The position numbers and the translations under genes were made by a program. DNA of 64,000 nt from an uncultured Candidatus Babeliaceae bacterium. GTDB taxonomy: Bacteria; Babelota; Babeliae; Babelales; Babelaceae. Numbering within the stretch: position 1 is the first letter of the stretch; every line of letters starts with the position of its first letter. Below are positions 49,042 through 59,619 of the stretch, piece by piece. The DNA lies in the NCBI GenBank assembly GCA_963704655.1, contig OY969927.1, forward strand, positions 1,184,001 through 1,248,000, written 5' to 3'. Under the pieces are notes generated by a model. It was not told the DNA's origin. It ran no database searches and saw only the letters and a list, made by a program, of their open reading frames with translations.

Positions 49042-50421
49042 TTATTTGAGCCATAATCTTTCATAAATAGCTGATGTATTAAGACTGCCATTTGGGTAAA
49101 GGGCAACAACGCTGTATCCGCTACATTTATTTTTCGGTGCCTTGAATGTCCATGTATTTGTTCCTTGAGGTGAAGTAGTGGTGCTGCCGATTAAGATACC
49201 ATTTTGATAAATAAAGATTTTTGATGGATTTTGTGCAGTTCCGCAGAGTTTTTTATAGTGAGATTTTTTCGTAACATTACAAATGCGTGTTGATGTTAAT
49301 CGTGGGCTATTTAAATAGCGTGCAACTTGAACAAGATTAAATGATTGATCTGCGCCTACTGCAATAATTTTTCCATTGCATTGCAATGCGCCATCAAATA
49401 TTGTTGCACCAGGTGGTGTTTCAACAACCCCATTTGTCCCAAATGTTGTGTCCAGTTGTCCGCTTGATGTATAGCGCACCAATTGAAAATCTAATATGGA
49501 GTAAGAAGGCGCCCCAAGCAGAATGCATTTGCCGTCTGCCTGTAAAAGCAGAGCATTTGCAATGCCAGAGGGCCCTGAAATGACACCGCCGCCAAAGGTG
49601 GTATCAAGTGATCCATCGCTATTCAAACGTACTAGTTCTAATGTTGGGGTAAAGGTGCTGCCCGCTATAATTATTTTTCCATCTGGTTGTAAAACAATTG
49701 GGCCCCATATGCCTCCGGGAGCAACAGCTACCGCAAAGCTGTCATCAAGTGTGCCGTCTGTATTGTATCGTATAACCGTTAAATTAAAGCTGCTGGAATT
49801 GCCCGCAACAATAACTTTGCCGTCATTTTGAATGGTAATACCTTCAATATATTGCCCAGGACCGCTTTCAAATATCGTGTCAACACTACCATTTGTGTTG
49901 TAGCGTACCACCACAAACAACCCGGTATTATCATTGGTTCCTGCAAGAATGATTTTGCCATCAGTTTGGAGTGCAAGAAAAGCGCCGATGCCAATAGGGC
50001 CTATTACCACACCATCAGAGCCGAATGTTGTATCATTTGTTCCATCTGGATTGTAGCGTATCAGCTGAAAGAATTGAAATGTTGCATCTGCGCCGGCTAT
50101 AATAATTTTTCCATCAGGTTGTATAATAACACTTGAAGCTAATATCCCTGTGGTATCAGTAACAACACCATTTGTGCCAAAAGTGGTATCAATTGTTCCA
50201 TCTTTATTGTAACGTATGGTTATCGTGGCACCCACTGTATTTGTTGCTAGTACGACAATTTTGCCATTAGTTTGAATGGCGCATGAAAAACCGACAAATC
50301 CATTTGTTGGAGAATCGACAAAGCCAGCACCAGCGCCAAATGAAGGGTCCAACGTGCCATCTTGTGCAGATAAACTTAAGCATATTCCATAGAAACTGAT
50401 AATGAGTAATATTTTTTTCAT
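49042..50421 (-). CDS. Exported delta-60 repeat beta-propeller protein with C-terminal Ig-like domain
   Basis: About 7 repeats of QxDGKIxxAG...RYNxDGTLDxTFG. Confidence 0.9.
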   Translation of the reverse strand: MKKILLIISFYGICLSLSAQDGTLDPSFGAGAGFVDSPTNGFVGFSCAIQTNGKIVVLATNTVGATITIRYNKDGTIDTTFGTNGVVTDTTGILASSVIIQPDGKIIIAGADATFQFFQLIRYNPDGTNDTTFGSDGVVIGPIGIGAFLALQTDGKIILAGTNDNTGLFVVVRYNTNGSVDTIFESGPGQYIEGITIQNDGKVIVAGNSSSFNLTVIRYNTDGTLDDSFAVAVAPGGIWGPIVLQPDGKIIIAGSTFTPTLELVRLNSDGSLDTTFGGGVISGPSGIANALLLQADGKCILLGAPSYSILDFQLVRYTSSGQLDTTFGTNGVVETPPGATIFDGALQCNGKIIAVGADQSFNLVQVARYLNSPRLTSTRICNVTKKSHYKKLCGTAQNPSKIFIYQNGILIGSTTTSPQGTNTWTFKAPKNKCSGYSVVALYPNGSLNTSAIYERLWLK

Positions 50422-50432
50422 ACGTTCCCCTT

Positions 50433-50816
50433 TTAATGCGCGCCATTGCGGAGTAAAAACTGTATCATTCTTATGATGTTTATTTTACCATAAGGGTTGC
50501 TATAACTTGCCTGTAATGGGGTGATACCAAAGTTATTCGGTTGGTTTACTAAGGTCGCAAATCCTGTGGGGTTGGTATTAAATAATTGTAAAAAAAAGTA
50601 AAACAGGCTACTTTGCACAGCTAGCATGAGCATGCTGTTTCCGTTAGAATCGGTAGCTGATATGTTGCTAGGGTTAGAGGCATAAATTTCTAGCGCGGGC
50701 GTCATGTCACTCGTTTCAATATCATTAATAATAAATGGTGGAATAGTATTACCTTTTATTACTATAACACACATCAACAATGAACAATACAAAGTAACTT
50801 GAGAGAGTATCTTCAT
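50433..50816 (-). CDS. Small exported ankyrin-repeat protein
   Basis: GNSMLMLAV, GITPLQAS, MIQFLLRNGA. Confidence 0.8.
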   Translation of the reverse strand: MKILSQVTLYCSLLMCVIVIKGNTIPPFIINDIETSDMTPALEIYASNPSNISATDSNGNSMLMLAVQSSLFYFFLQLFNTNPTGFATLVNQPNNFGITPLQASYSNPYGKINIIRMIQFLLRNGAH

Positions 50817-50901
50817 TATTACTTCCCTTTTAATGGTCAAGATATTTTTATCTTGCTAGCATACACCAATAATCTATATTTTCAAAAAACCATAGGGCAA
50901 T

Positions 50902-52086
50902 TTATTTTCTGACAATATTAAATCTTTTAACCAGGTGCCATTTTAAAATCGGGTCAAATTTGCTAAGGGTTCCATGGAAATCCCAAGTTTTAAACTGTGG
51001 GTTATATTTTTTGAAAAGATCAAAATCAATAGGCATAGGATTTTTATGTTTTTTATAATATGTCCTACCTTCTTTTTCTCGCCGTGCGTGATACCGTTCT
51101 TGTAGGGCATATTCAGCGCCAAATAAAAAATAGATCAGTGATCTTTGGTATTCTTTTAGATTTTCAAAACTCTTTTTTAAATAGTCTGGATTAACGGTAA
51201 TTTTTAGCTGACCAGATGCTCCGACGAAATTGTCCGGAACAATAAGATCATGGGCTTGTGAAACAATTTGTCTTACCAGCCGGTTTTGTGGTGACACATT
51301 AGTGAAGCCATCTACACGTTCTGAATTAATGTCATAAATTCTGCCAGCACAAGAATAGTTGATGCTAACTAATCGATTTCCGTCATGAGAAAATTTTAGG
51401 TACTTAAGGGGGATGTTGATTCCATATGTACGAAAAATAGTATCGGTAGCTAAATCTCTAACTTGAATTTGCCGGTGTAACTCTATTGCAAGCCATTTAT
51501 TGGCATGTGAGATGGCAATTTTAGAGACATCTGAAGGGCAATTTGCTACTAAACGCTCTTTTTTTGTTTCAAGGTTATACCCTCTTATTGACGCAAAGTT
51601 ATCGGCTGCGACTTTATATCTATGAACGTATAACAGCTCTTTTCCTGTTGCATCAAATACAAAGTCGTTTGAGCTAGAGACATTAATTCTTGTAGGTCGT
51701 TTGTTTGGCTGCAGAAGATCATAAAGTTTTATTTTGACATTTGGTTTTGCTAGTGCTAACAGCTGTTTGCTCGGGTTATAAGCATAGATGGTATCATATT
51801 CTCTATACTTATTTTTAAAAAAAGAACAATATGGCTTATAAGTTTCTAGCTCTGGGACCATCCATGATTCATTATAATCTAAAAACTCTCTCTTTTCATT
51901 ATAATGGTAAATTGTTTTTAGCACTTTCCATCGTAATTCAGCAGGTATTTTATACAAATCATAGCTCATATTTTTAGTAAAACCATGTGCAGTAGTATCG
52001 GCATGTTTACTTAGAATTTTAACTTGTTCCTGCGCAAAAAGATCAATGTGGCAAAGGAGTAAAAAAATGGTTATTTTAATATTCAT
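50902..52086 (-). CDS. Exported WD40-like protein with F-box-like motif (tandem paralog A)
   Basis: LYKIPAELRWKVLK; IAISHANKWLA, LKFSHDGNRL; last 45 aa identical to paralog B. Confidence 0.85.
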   Translation of the reverse strand: MNIKITIFLLLCHIDLFAQEQVKILSKHADTTAHGFTKNMSYDLYKIPAELRWKVLKTIYHYNEKREFLDYNESWMVPELETYKPYCSFFKNKYREYDTIYAYNPSKQLLALAKPNVKIKLYDLLQPNKRPTRINVSSSNDFVFDATGKELLYVHRYKVAADNFASIRGYNLETKKERLVANCPSDVSKIAISHANKWLAIELHRQIQVRDLATDTIFRTYGINIPLKYLKFSHDGNRLVSINYSCAGRIYDINSERVDGFTNVSPQNRLVRQIVSQAHDLIVPDNFVGASGQLKITVNPDYLKKSFENLKEYQRSLIYFLFGAEYALQERYHARREKEGRTYYKKHKNPMPIDFDLFKKYNPQFKTWDFHGTLSKFDPILKWHLVKRFNIVRK

Positions 52087-52107
52087 GGTAAGGGCTTAAC
52101 GTTCAAT

Positions 52108-53256
52108 CTATTTTCTGACAATATTAAATCTTTTAACCAGGTGCCATTTTAAAATTGGGTCAAATTTGCTAAGGGTTCCATGAAAATCCCATGTTTTAAA
52201 CTGTGGGTTATATTTTTTGAAAAGATCAAAATCAATAGGCATAGGTGTTTGATATTTTCCCGTATATGATTCACCCTCTTTTTCTTGTCGCTCTTTATGT
52301 CGTTCTTGTAATGATCGCTCAGCGCCAAATAGAAAAGCGATCAGTGATTTTTGGTATTCTTTTAGATTTTCAAAACTCTTTTTTAAATAGTCTGGGTTAA
52401 TAGTAATATCTATTTTTCCCGTTCTGCCTTTTAAACTCTCTGGCACCATAAGATCATGCGCTGGTGAAAAATGCTCTTTTAATTTAGGGTGCTCTGGGGT
52501 GATATCTGCAAAGCTGGCTGAAGTAAATCCTGTTTCTACATTATATAATCTGCACACTTTTTGAGTGTCAATTTTAACTAAACGGTCTCCGCTAGCATTA
52601 AATTTTAGATACGTAATGGGTCGATTAATTTCAAAGGACCTAAAAATATCTTTGGTATCTAAATTAATAACATCAATTCGGTTTTCAAGCGCGACTGCAA
52701 GCTGTTTATTGTCATTTGAAATGGCAATTTTATGGATATTTTCAATTTGAGCTGTTAATACCCGTTCTTTTTTTGTTTCAAGGTTATAGCTTCTTACTAT
52801 TGAAAAAAGCCCCATATCTTTATAGCAAAACAGCAATTCTTCTCCTGATGCATCAAATATAAAATCATTTGGGATAGTCATTTTTAATTTTTTAGGACGT
52901 TTGTTTGTTTGCAAAAGATCTATCAGATATATTGCATTTTTTGGGTTGGCTACTGCTAATAACTGTTTGACATGGTTATAAGCATACAGGATATTATTAT
53001 CTTCATTTTTAATTGTTAGGTATGGTTTATTTGTTAGTTGCCCTGGCGTAGATGATTCATGAGCACTTATTATTTTAAGCACCTCACATTGTAATTCACC
53101 AGGCATGTTAAAGAAGTTAGAATGCACATCGTCGCCATTAAAACCATGTATTGTTATTTGAGTATCATCTTTGGTAGCAACTTTTTGCATTTCAATATCC
53201 TGTGCATAAAGACAGGCGTGAGAAAATAGTATAATAATTGCTGTTTTTTTGTTCAT
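52108..53256 (-). CDS. Exported WD40-like protein with F-box-like motif (tandem paralog B)
   Basis: FFNMPGELQCEVLK; IAISNDNKQLA, LKFNASGDRL. Confidence 0.85.
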   Translation of the reverse strand: MNKKTAIIILFSHACLYAQDIEMQKVATKDDTQITIHGFNGDDVHSNFFNMPGELQCEVLKIISAHESSTPGQLTNKPYLTIKNEDNNILYAYNHVKQLLAVANPKNAIYLIDLLQTNKRPKKLKMTIPNDFIFDASGEELLFCYKDMGLFSIVRSYNLETKKERVLTAQIENIHKIAISNDNKQLAVALENRIDVINLDTKDIFRSFEINRPITYLKFNASGDRLVKIDTQKVCRLYNVETGFTSASFADITPEHPKLKEHFSPAHDLMVPESLKGRTGKIDITINPDYLKKSFENLKEYQKSLIAFLFGAERSLQERHKERQEKEGESYTGKYQTPMPIDFDLFKKYNPQFKTWDFHGTLSKFDPILKWHLVKRFNIVRK

Positions 53257-53416
53257 TGATATATCCAAATTTGATCTTATAATTTAGTTTATTATTCTTT
53301 TTGCATTATATATTATATTATAATAGCAAATTTCCCTGTTTTTGACAAATGTATAGCAAAGACAGGTATGATCTGACTTATCCATGGATCGCAATGTGGA
53401 ATGTGACAGGATAGTT

Positions 53417-54067
53417 TTAATCTACCAATTCAAAGATATCAATGGCCCGTGTACTGGGATTTTGCTTTAATATTAAATTAAAGGTTTCGTAAATAATAGG
53501 GTCCTGGGTTGTTACAAATTGTCCCGAACCAATAGGATGATGTTGTTGAGTTTGAATAATGGCTGCTGTATCAGATGGTTGTATCGTTACCATTAATTCT
53601 GTACGAGCGTGAAATTCCAAGTTTACTGATGCAATTTCATTTGGTTTAACGGGTAATGTTCTATGGTGTTCCCACTTATTGTCATGCATAAGATGAATTT
53701 GTGCTAGTACAGAAAACGGGGAATTATTGGTGAACGTATTTAGCTTAAAATTTTTTTGTAAGAGTGCATGACACTGTTGTTCTGCTGCTAAGCGATTCGA
53801 TGCGTAAAGATTTTGAAACCGCGCGAGACGCGCTTGAGATTGTAATTGTGCGTTAATTAATCTTTGGGACAATTCATCACGGTGTTTAATTAATGACTCG
53901 TTAGCTGTTTCAAGTCGAGCAATTTCTCTTGCGATATAATCGTGTTGCAGGGCGCCTTCTATTACTAACCATGCGATTTTTCGATCTGAATAAAAATGGG
54001 GCTGTAATGTTTCATCAGCAGCCATAAGGCAAGAACCATAAGAAAGAATAAGAAATAATATTAACAT
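53417..54067 (-). CDS. Hypothetical exported protein (coiled coil + beta-rich domain)
   Basis: Leader ending LMA|ADE. Confidence 0.75.
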   Translation of the reverse strand: MLILFLILSYGSCLMAADETLQPHFYSDRKIAWLVIEGALQHDYIAREIARLETANESLIKHRDELSQRLINAQLQSQARLARFQNLYASNRLAAEQQCHALLQKNFKLNTFTNNSPFSVLAQIHLMHDNKWEHHRTLPVKPNEIASVNLEFHARTELMVTIQPSDTAAIIQTQQHHPIGSGQFVTTQDPIIYETFNLILKQNPSTRAIDIFELVD

Positions 54068-54119
54068 AGCAAAAGCTCAGGCAGTGTATCTTTAACCTTT
54101 TGAAAAATCTGATATTTTA

Positions 54120-54392
54120 TTAATCTTTCCAATTCCACCATTTTAAAAGTTCAGGGTCATGGTGCTGTGTCGATGCAAAATAAATTGCGCAGCGAAAGAC
54201 ATAGAGCATGCATCTATCAACTTGCTGGCCCTTGAGTATGCACAGCGTTTTATACAGTTTTTCAGCGTCTGCATCTTTAAGATCATCTAGTGACCGCAAC
54301 CCCATGTCCCAAAAATCTTGCGCAATAATGTTACCCACACCAGGAATTTCACGAAATACGGCTAATGTCTTTTTTTGATTATTATTAATCAT
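54120..54392 (-). CDS. Cdd1 / pathogenicity-locus family helix-hairpin-helix protein
   Basis: IPGVG HhH motif; DRCMLYVFRCAIYFA...KWWNWKD. Confidence 0.85.
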   Translation of the reverse strand: MINNNQKKTLAVFREIPGVGNIIAQDFWDMGLRSLDDLKDADAEKLYKTLCILKGQQVDRCMLYVFRCAIYFASTQHHDPELLKWWNWKD

Positions 54393-54415
54393 TTTGGGTA
54401 GAATGTTGTGCAGTT

Positions 54416-54823
54416 TTATTTAACGTATTTTTCGATTAATTCATGTGCTGTAAATATTTTTTTAACTTCATTTAAGGCATGGTTTTCATCGCCTTGCATA
54501 AGTTTTTCTATACTTTCTTTTGATTTATATTGTTGCAAAGTTTGAGCAGCTTGGAAAACGGTAAAAGTTTTTGGTAATTTATCTTTAACCGCTTCAGCAT
54601 TTTTAAAATTTTCTGGGCTTGGAAAGTTTCCGCAATTTATCAGTAAGGCTGCTATCCCAGCTTTTCCAAGATCTAATTCTTCCAAGGATTTATGAGCATC
54701 TGTTGGTATTAATGTTACCGCATTGAATGATTTTTCAGAGAGATCTTTGCCTGGAAATTCAGTGTTCATGCTTTTTAAGTGCATAGTATTAAGAATGAGA
54801 CAAAGTAATAATATTTTTTTCAT
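54416..54823 (-). CDS. Hypothetical exported protein
   Basis: SD aagga; leader ending LKS|MNT. Confidence 0.8.
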   Translation of the reverse strand: MKKILLLCLILNTMHLKSMNTEFPGKDLSEKSFNAVTLIPTDAHKSLEELDLGKAGIAALLINCGNFPSPENFKNAEAVKDKLPKTFTVFQAAQTLQQYKSKESIEKLMQGDENHALNEVKKIFTAHELIEKYVK

Positions 54824-54843
54824 ATATATTTTCCTTAAGAGTA

Positions 54844-56031
54844 TTAACTTACTTTATAAATTGCATGTTTGCCGACTTTAATAATCATACCAGATTTTGG
54901 TAACACGTTTGTGTTAATCTGGGTAACTTTTTCACCGTCAATGCTGATAGCGCCCGCTTCAATGCGGCGGCGGATTTCAGTTGAGGAAAGTTTTTCAGGC
55001 AACAGTTTTACCAACTCTATAATAGTGGTTTCTTGTGATGGCACCGTTATTTCAGTAGCATGCGAATAGTCTCGTTTTTGAAACAGCTCTTCAAAGTTTT
55101 TTAAAGAAGTTTCAGCTTCAGCTTTAGACCAGAAACGTTCAATAATTCTAAACGCCATCTGTTTTTTAAGTTCCATCGGATGCGCCGTGCCTGCAACAAC
55201 ATTGTTTTGCATTTTCACAATTTCGTCATAAGGCGTTAATAATAATAATGTATAGTAGCGCCACATTAAGGTGTCAGAAATCGACATAAGTTTACCAAAA
55301 GCATCTTGCGCAGGTTCTGCTAAACCGATCGTGTTGCCGTAAGATTTAGACATTTTTTGTACGCCATCAAGGCCTTCAAGTAATGGTAAGGTAATGCATA
55401 CTTGGCCTTCCATGCCATGTGCCTCTTGTAAATGGCGCCCCATTAACAGGTTAAACGTTTGGTCGGTGCCGCCAAGTTCGATATCAGCTTTAAGCGCAAC
55501 AGAATCATAGCCTTGTAAAAGTGGGTACATAAGTTCATGCATACCAACTGGGGTTTGTTCAGCAAGGCGCTTTGCAAAATCTTCACGTTCAATAACACGC
55601 GCAACGGTAACTTGGCCACAAATTTTAAGCCATTGGTCAAGCGTGATTGGGGAAAGCCACGTCGAATTATACGCAATGGTCGATTTGCTGGTATCAAGAA
55701 TTTTGCCCACTTGATCTAAATACGTTTTGCTGTTTTGCTCAATCTGTTCTGGCGTTAATGGCGGCCGTGTCTTTGAGCGGCCGGTAGGGTCGCCAATTCG
55801 CGCAGTAAAATCACCAATTAAAAAGATAATATGGTGGCCCATATCTTGTAGCTGGCGCAATTTAGAAAGCACAACAGCATGGCCCAAATGTAAATCAGGA
55901 GCCGTTGGATCTGCACCAAACTTAACTATAAGCTGTTTGCCCGATGATAATTTTTTTTCTAATGCCGGCACAGAAAGAATCTCTTGTGTGCCAATGGCAA
56001 TTTCATTAATAAGTTGTTCAACTGTTTTCAT
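54844..56031 (-). CDS. tyrS: Tyrosine--tRNA ligase
   Basis: DPTAPDLHLGH, YPLLQGYDS, GGTDQTFN, KMSKS, C-terminal S4 domain. Confidence 0.98.
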   Translation of the reverse strand: MKTVEQLINEIAIGTQEILSVPALEKKLSSGKQLIVKFGADPTAPDLHLGHAVVLSKLRQLQDMGHHIIFLIGDFTARIGDPTGRSKTRPPLTPEQIEQNSKTYLDQVGKILDTSKSTIAYNSTWLSPITLDQWLKICGQVTVARVIEREDFAKRLAEQTPVGMHELMYPLLQGYDSVALKADIELGGTDQTFNLLMGRHLQEAHGMEGQVCITLPLLEGLDGVQKMSKSYGNTIGLAEPAQDAFGKLMSISDTLMWRYYTLLLLTPYDEIVKMQNNVVAGTAHPMELKKQMAFRIIERFWSKAEAETSLKNFEELFQKRDYSHATEITVPSQETTIIELVKLLPEKLSSTEIRRRIEAGAISIDGEKVTQINTNVLPKSGMIIKVGKHAIYKVS

Positions 56032-56036
56032 AATTT

Positions 56037-56765
56037 TTAAGCACCTTTAAGTAATATGCTGAAAAGTTCTATAGCCCACACAATGCAGCTAAAAGTTATT
56101 GTTAAGAAGAATTGGTAAAAAAGTATACAAAAAGCTAATGGTATAGCAATCATAAAGAGCCATGAATATTGGCTCATCATAATCTGATATCTAAAAGGAT
56201 ATATCGCTGCTTGGAATGCGTTACGCACCATCGAAATGCATAATACCGACGCTTGAATAAAAACAATGCCTACAAAAAAAAGCGTTGCCGTTATTGCATA
56301 GGGCGAACAGTTTGAAAACCATGGCGCATTTTGTTGAAAGATATAGCGTGCATCGTCTGATGCTTGATACAGCATGGTTTTAGAAAACATTCCTAGTGAT
56401 GTATAAATACACTCTTTGCCGGTTAATAACACGCTTGGAATAATTGCACATATTGCAAGAAACAGACTCACCAGCGACTGAGCGGAATAGGCTAAAATAG
56501 TCCTAAATGCTTTGTTGCGGCCACTGATATATTCTTGGTCCACGGGTAGTATGGTTCCCCAGCCAAAGCTTAAAAAGATAAAACATAATGACCCGAACAT
56601 ATCAAAATAGTCAAAAAGGTTTTCTACTTGTTCGTCATGGGCATGCATTTTGTCATAGGCGCCATGGGTAATAAGTAGGGAGGTTAAATATCCGTTAAGG
56701 GGCACTGAAAGCACAAAGGCGATCAATTTGATGATAAGAATAATAATAAAGAGTGATGATATCAT
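56037..56765 (-). CDS. Membrane protein, degenerate site-2-protease-like
   Basis: FDMFGSLCFIFLSFGWGTILPV resembles the small S2P motif; no HExxH. Confidence 0.6.
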   Translation of the reverse strand: MISSLFIIILIIKLIAFVLSVPLNGYLTSLLITHGAYDKMHAHDEQVENLFDYFDMFGSLCFIFLSFGWGTILPVDQEYISGRNKAFRTILAYSAQSLVSLFLAICAIIPSVLLTGKECIYTSLGMFSKTMLYQASDDARYIFQQNAPWFSNCSPYAITATLFFVGIVFIQASVLCISMVRNAFQAAIYPFRYQIMMSQYSWLFMIAIPLAFCILFYQFFLTITFSCIVWAIELFSILLKGA

Positions 56766-56805
56766 AGTTTTAATGCGTTATGAAAATTAATTATTTATTC
56801 GCTAA

Positions 56806-56885
56806 CCCTTGCGTAGGCTCAGGATGAGCGACGGGGGAACACCGTGCACCCTGAGTGTTCTTCGCAAGAAGAATGTATCGAAGGG
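56806..56885. repeat. Inverted doublet of palindromic repeat units
   Basis: cccttgcgtaggctcaggatgagcg + ccgtgcaccctgagtg-ttcttcgcaagaagaa-tgtatcgaaggg. Confidence 0.9.
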
Positions 56886-57015
56886 GCAGTATCCACCATA
56901 CACCAGATTAGTTCTCAGTATACCAAGAGGTGTATAAGTTGTCTTGCCAAAAAAGGAGTTGCGTATAAACTTCCAAGAAAGCAGTAGTGTTTAGAGATTT
57001 TTTAAAGGGTAGATC

Positions 57016-59220
57016 ATGAACAAAAAAGAGAGTTTAGTCTATTACGCAGTTCCGCCGTTTATTCTTATAATTTTGGCAATTATCGCTTATTTTTCATCGG
57101 TATCGTATGAATTTCAGTTTGATGATTTGGCAAATATTGTTAATAATTTTCAGGTGCGTGTGGGTGGTGTGTGGGAGCTTTTTTTTGCAAATACCCGTTG
57201 GATATCACAAACTCTTAATACCTTTTATTTTCAATTTGGTAAGTTTGACCCGTTTATATACCGGCTTGCTAACATTACGTCACATATTATAACGGGTGTT
57301 ATTGCATATTTTGTGGTCTATTTAATGCTGCGCAGGCTTAAGCATACGACGTTTTTGTATGCTCAACGCTTTACGGTAGCCTTTTTAACAGCAGGTTTTT
57401 TCTTATTGCACCCGGTTCAATCACAAACTGTTTCGTATATTATTCAGGGGCAGCTTGAAGGTTTGGCTGCACTGGTAACATTATCTATGATCATGTTTTT
57501 TTTAATGTATATGACATTCAAATCGGCGACTGCTCGTGCTTTGTCATTAGTCGGTATGTATATTTGTATGTTCTTGGCGCCCGGAACAAAAGAGATAGCA
57601 ATTATAAGTCCGTTACTGGTTCTTTTGGTTGACTGGTTTTTCGTTGCGCAGGGCAACTGGCATGCGTTATCGCGCCGCTGGTGGTTACATGCAAGTTTAT
57701 TTATCGGCATTTTTGGCATGTATATCTTTTTCTTAAAGCCAGAATATTTTACGACCATTTTGGGCCTTAAGATGGAACTGCATAATAATATGGGCAATAT
57801 GCTCACCGATAAAGTCGGTGAAAAAATTACGCCGCTGTGGTACTGCATGTCCCAATTTAAGGTAATTTTACACTATATTGGTATATTCTTTTGGCCATTT
57901 AATGTCAGTGTTGATTATGATTGGGTATTAGTCGACCACTTTTTTGCTCTTGATTGTATTTTCCCATTTTTGGCACTGTGCGCACTTGCCGTATACACAC
58001 TCTATCGTCTGTATAAAAATAAAACAGATTTAATAAGTTTTGGTATTATTTGGTATTTTCTTGCCGTGTTGCCACGCTCGAGCATAATCCCATCAACAGA
58101 GTTGGTTGCAGATTATAAAACCTATTTAGCATCACTGGGACTTTTCTTTTTGTGGGCATATGCTGCAGCGTATCTTGTTTATAGTATAGAAAAACATTTT
58201 CATATAACGCGCCAGTTACTGCACTGGGGAATACTGACTGTGCTGTTAATGCCCTTTGGGTATGCGCTGTATGAACGCAATAAAGTGTGGCGCACTGCAG
58301 AAGAGTTTTGGTTAAATATTTTACAAAATGCACCGGGCAAAGCGCGTGCGTATAATAATTATGGTGTTTCGTTATGCGCAAAACATAAAAATGAAGAAGC
58401 GATTCCCTATTTTCAAAAAGCTATGGATATGGATAAAGTATATTCAGATCCGCACAATAATATCGCTGTTGCGTATGGTTGTCTTGGCAGGCTCGATGAG
58501 GCTATTAAAGCGCTCGAACATAGTGTTAAAATCTGTCCTGTGCAGCCTGAAGCGTATAATAATATGGCAAGCTTCTATTTACAAAAAAATGAACTGCCAA
58601 AATCTGAAGAGCTTTTAAAGATTGCACTTCGTTTGCGTCCGCATTATGGCAAAGCGCATTTTAATCTTGGGCGCACCTTTTATGCAATGGGCAAAAAAGA
58701 TGAAGCGTGGAGCTGTTTTAAAACCGCTTGTTTAAAGGCAGATTTTGATACGATTGACTCATTTAATTTTTATGCTGGAATATCATTGGAATTGAAAAAG
58801 TTCGATGACGCACTTTTGGGATATAGAAAGATGCTTGAGCTGGCGCCTCAAAGCCGTGACGCAATAAGTGGCATGGTAAATACTTATTTAATGAAGGGTG
58901 AGCCAGAAAAAGCTCTGCCGTACTTTAGACAGCTGTTACAACTGTTTCCAAATCAGCCAGATTTACAGTTTAAATATGGCGAGGCGCTTATTGCTGCCCA
59001 GGATTATACCAATGCACTTGCAGTTTTTAGGAGCATTCTGGAAGCTAATCGTGGCTTTGTTCCTGGGTATGTTAAAGTCGCCGGATGCTTGTATAAATTG
59101 GGCAGAAAACAAGAAGCATTTAAAGCCCTTGAAGACTTCTTGGCACAAAATCCACCGCAAGAATTTGCAGAGCCGATTAAAAGTATGTTACAAGATATGA
59201 GAACTGGGAAATTTAAATAA
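57016..59220 (+). CDS. TMTC-like GT-C membrane glycosyltransferase with C-terminal TPRs
   Basis: FQFDD after TM1, FLLHPVQSQTVSYI, TKE, RNKVW, followed by multiple TPRs. Confidence 0.85.
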   Translation: MNKKESLVYYAVPPFILIILAIIAYFSSVSYEFQFDDLANIVNNFQVRVGGVWELFFANTRWISQTLNTFYFQFGKFDPFIYRLANITSHIITGVIAYFVVYLMLRRLKHTTFLYAQRFTVAFLTAGFFLLHPVQSQTVSYIIQGQLEGLAALVTLSMIMFFLMYMTFKSATARALSLVGMYICMFLAPGTKEIAIISPLLVLLVDWFFVAQGNWHALSRRWWLHASLFIGIFGMYIFFLKPEYFTTILGLKMELHNNMGNMLTDKVGEKITPLWYCMSQFKVILHYIGIFFWPFNVSVDYDWVLVDHFFALDCIFPFLALCALAVYTLYRLYKNKTDLISFGIIWYFLAVLPRSSIIPSTELVADYKTYLASLGLFFLWAYAAAYLVYSIEKHFHITRQLLHWGILTVLLMPFGYALYERNKVWRTAEEFWLNILQNAPGKARAYNNYGVSLCAKHKNEEAIPYFQKAMDMDKVYSDPHNNIAVAYGCLGRLDEAIKALEHSVKICPVQPEAYNNMASFYLQKNELPKSEELLKIALRLRPHYGKAHFNLGRTFYAMGKKDEAWSCFKTACLKADFDTIDSFNFYAGISLELKKFDDALLGYRKMLELAPQSRDAISGMVNTYLMKGEPEKALPYFRQLLQLFPNQPDLQFKYGEALIAAQDYTNALAVFRSILEANRGFVPGYVKVAGCLYKLGRKQEAFKALEDFLAQNPPQEFAEPIKSMLQDMRTGKFK

Positions 59221-59229
59221 GAAAGTTTT

Positions 59230-59610
59230 ATGAAGAGTAAATTTCTTACCTTTTGTATAGTGTTGGGTATTGCTTCAATTGAAGCAATACCCACTGAACT
59301 TAATACACTTTATCAAAGTTTTGAAAAGGCGCAAAAAACGCAATCTATTGCTCAAGAACTTGATAGAGTGATTCCCTTAGATAGAGCTTATAAAAAAAAT
59401 GTTTTATTGTATGAAAAATACACACCTCTTATGACAGCAATTGATGCCTATATTAAAATGGCATATGCTTTGCAAGCTGAGGGGAAATCTAAAGTTCCAG
59501 ATTCTTCAAAAAAACGTTCAGAAGTTATCAAAGAATCCACCAAGAATATTATAAAATTTTCTCAGGCGCGAAGAAAAGTTGAAGAACAATTTGCTGCATT
59601 AAAAGATTAA
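59230..59610 (+). CDS. Hypothetical exported helical protein
   Basis: Leader ending IEA|IP. Confidence 0.75.
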   Translation: MKSKFLTFCIVLGIASIEAIPTELNTLYQSFEKAQKTQSIAQELDRVIPLDRAYKKNVLLYEKYTPLMTAIDAYIKMAYALQAEGKSKVPDSSKKRSEVIKESTKNIIKFSQARRKVEEQFAALKD

Positions 59611-59619
59611 TTTTTTTTT

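Noticed and set aside
50902-52244. Near-identical 3' ends (here and at 18831/18912) as a DGR template/variable repeat pair
   Set aside because: Differences are silent and not confined to adenines of one copy; no reverse transcriptase in the window
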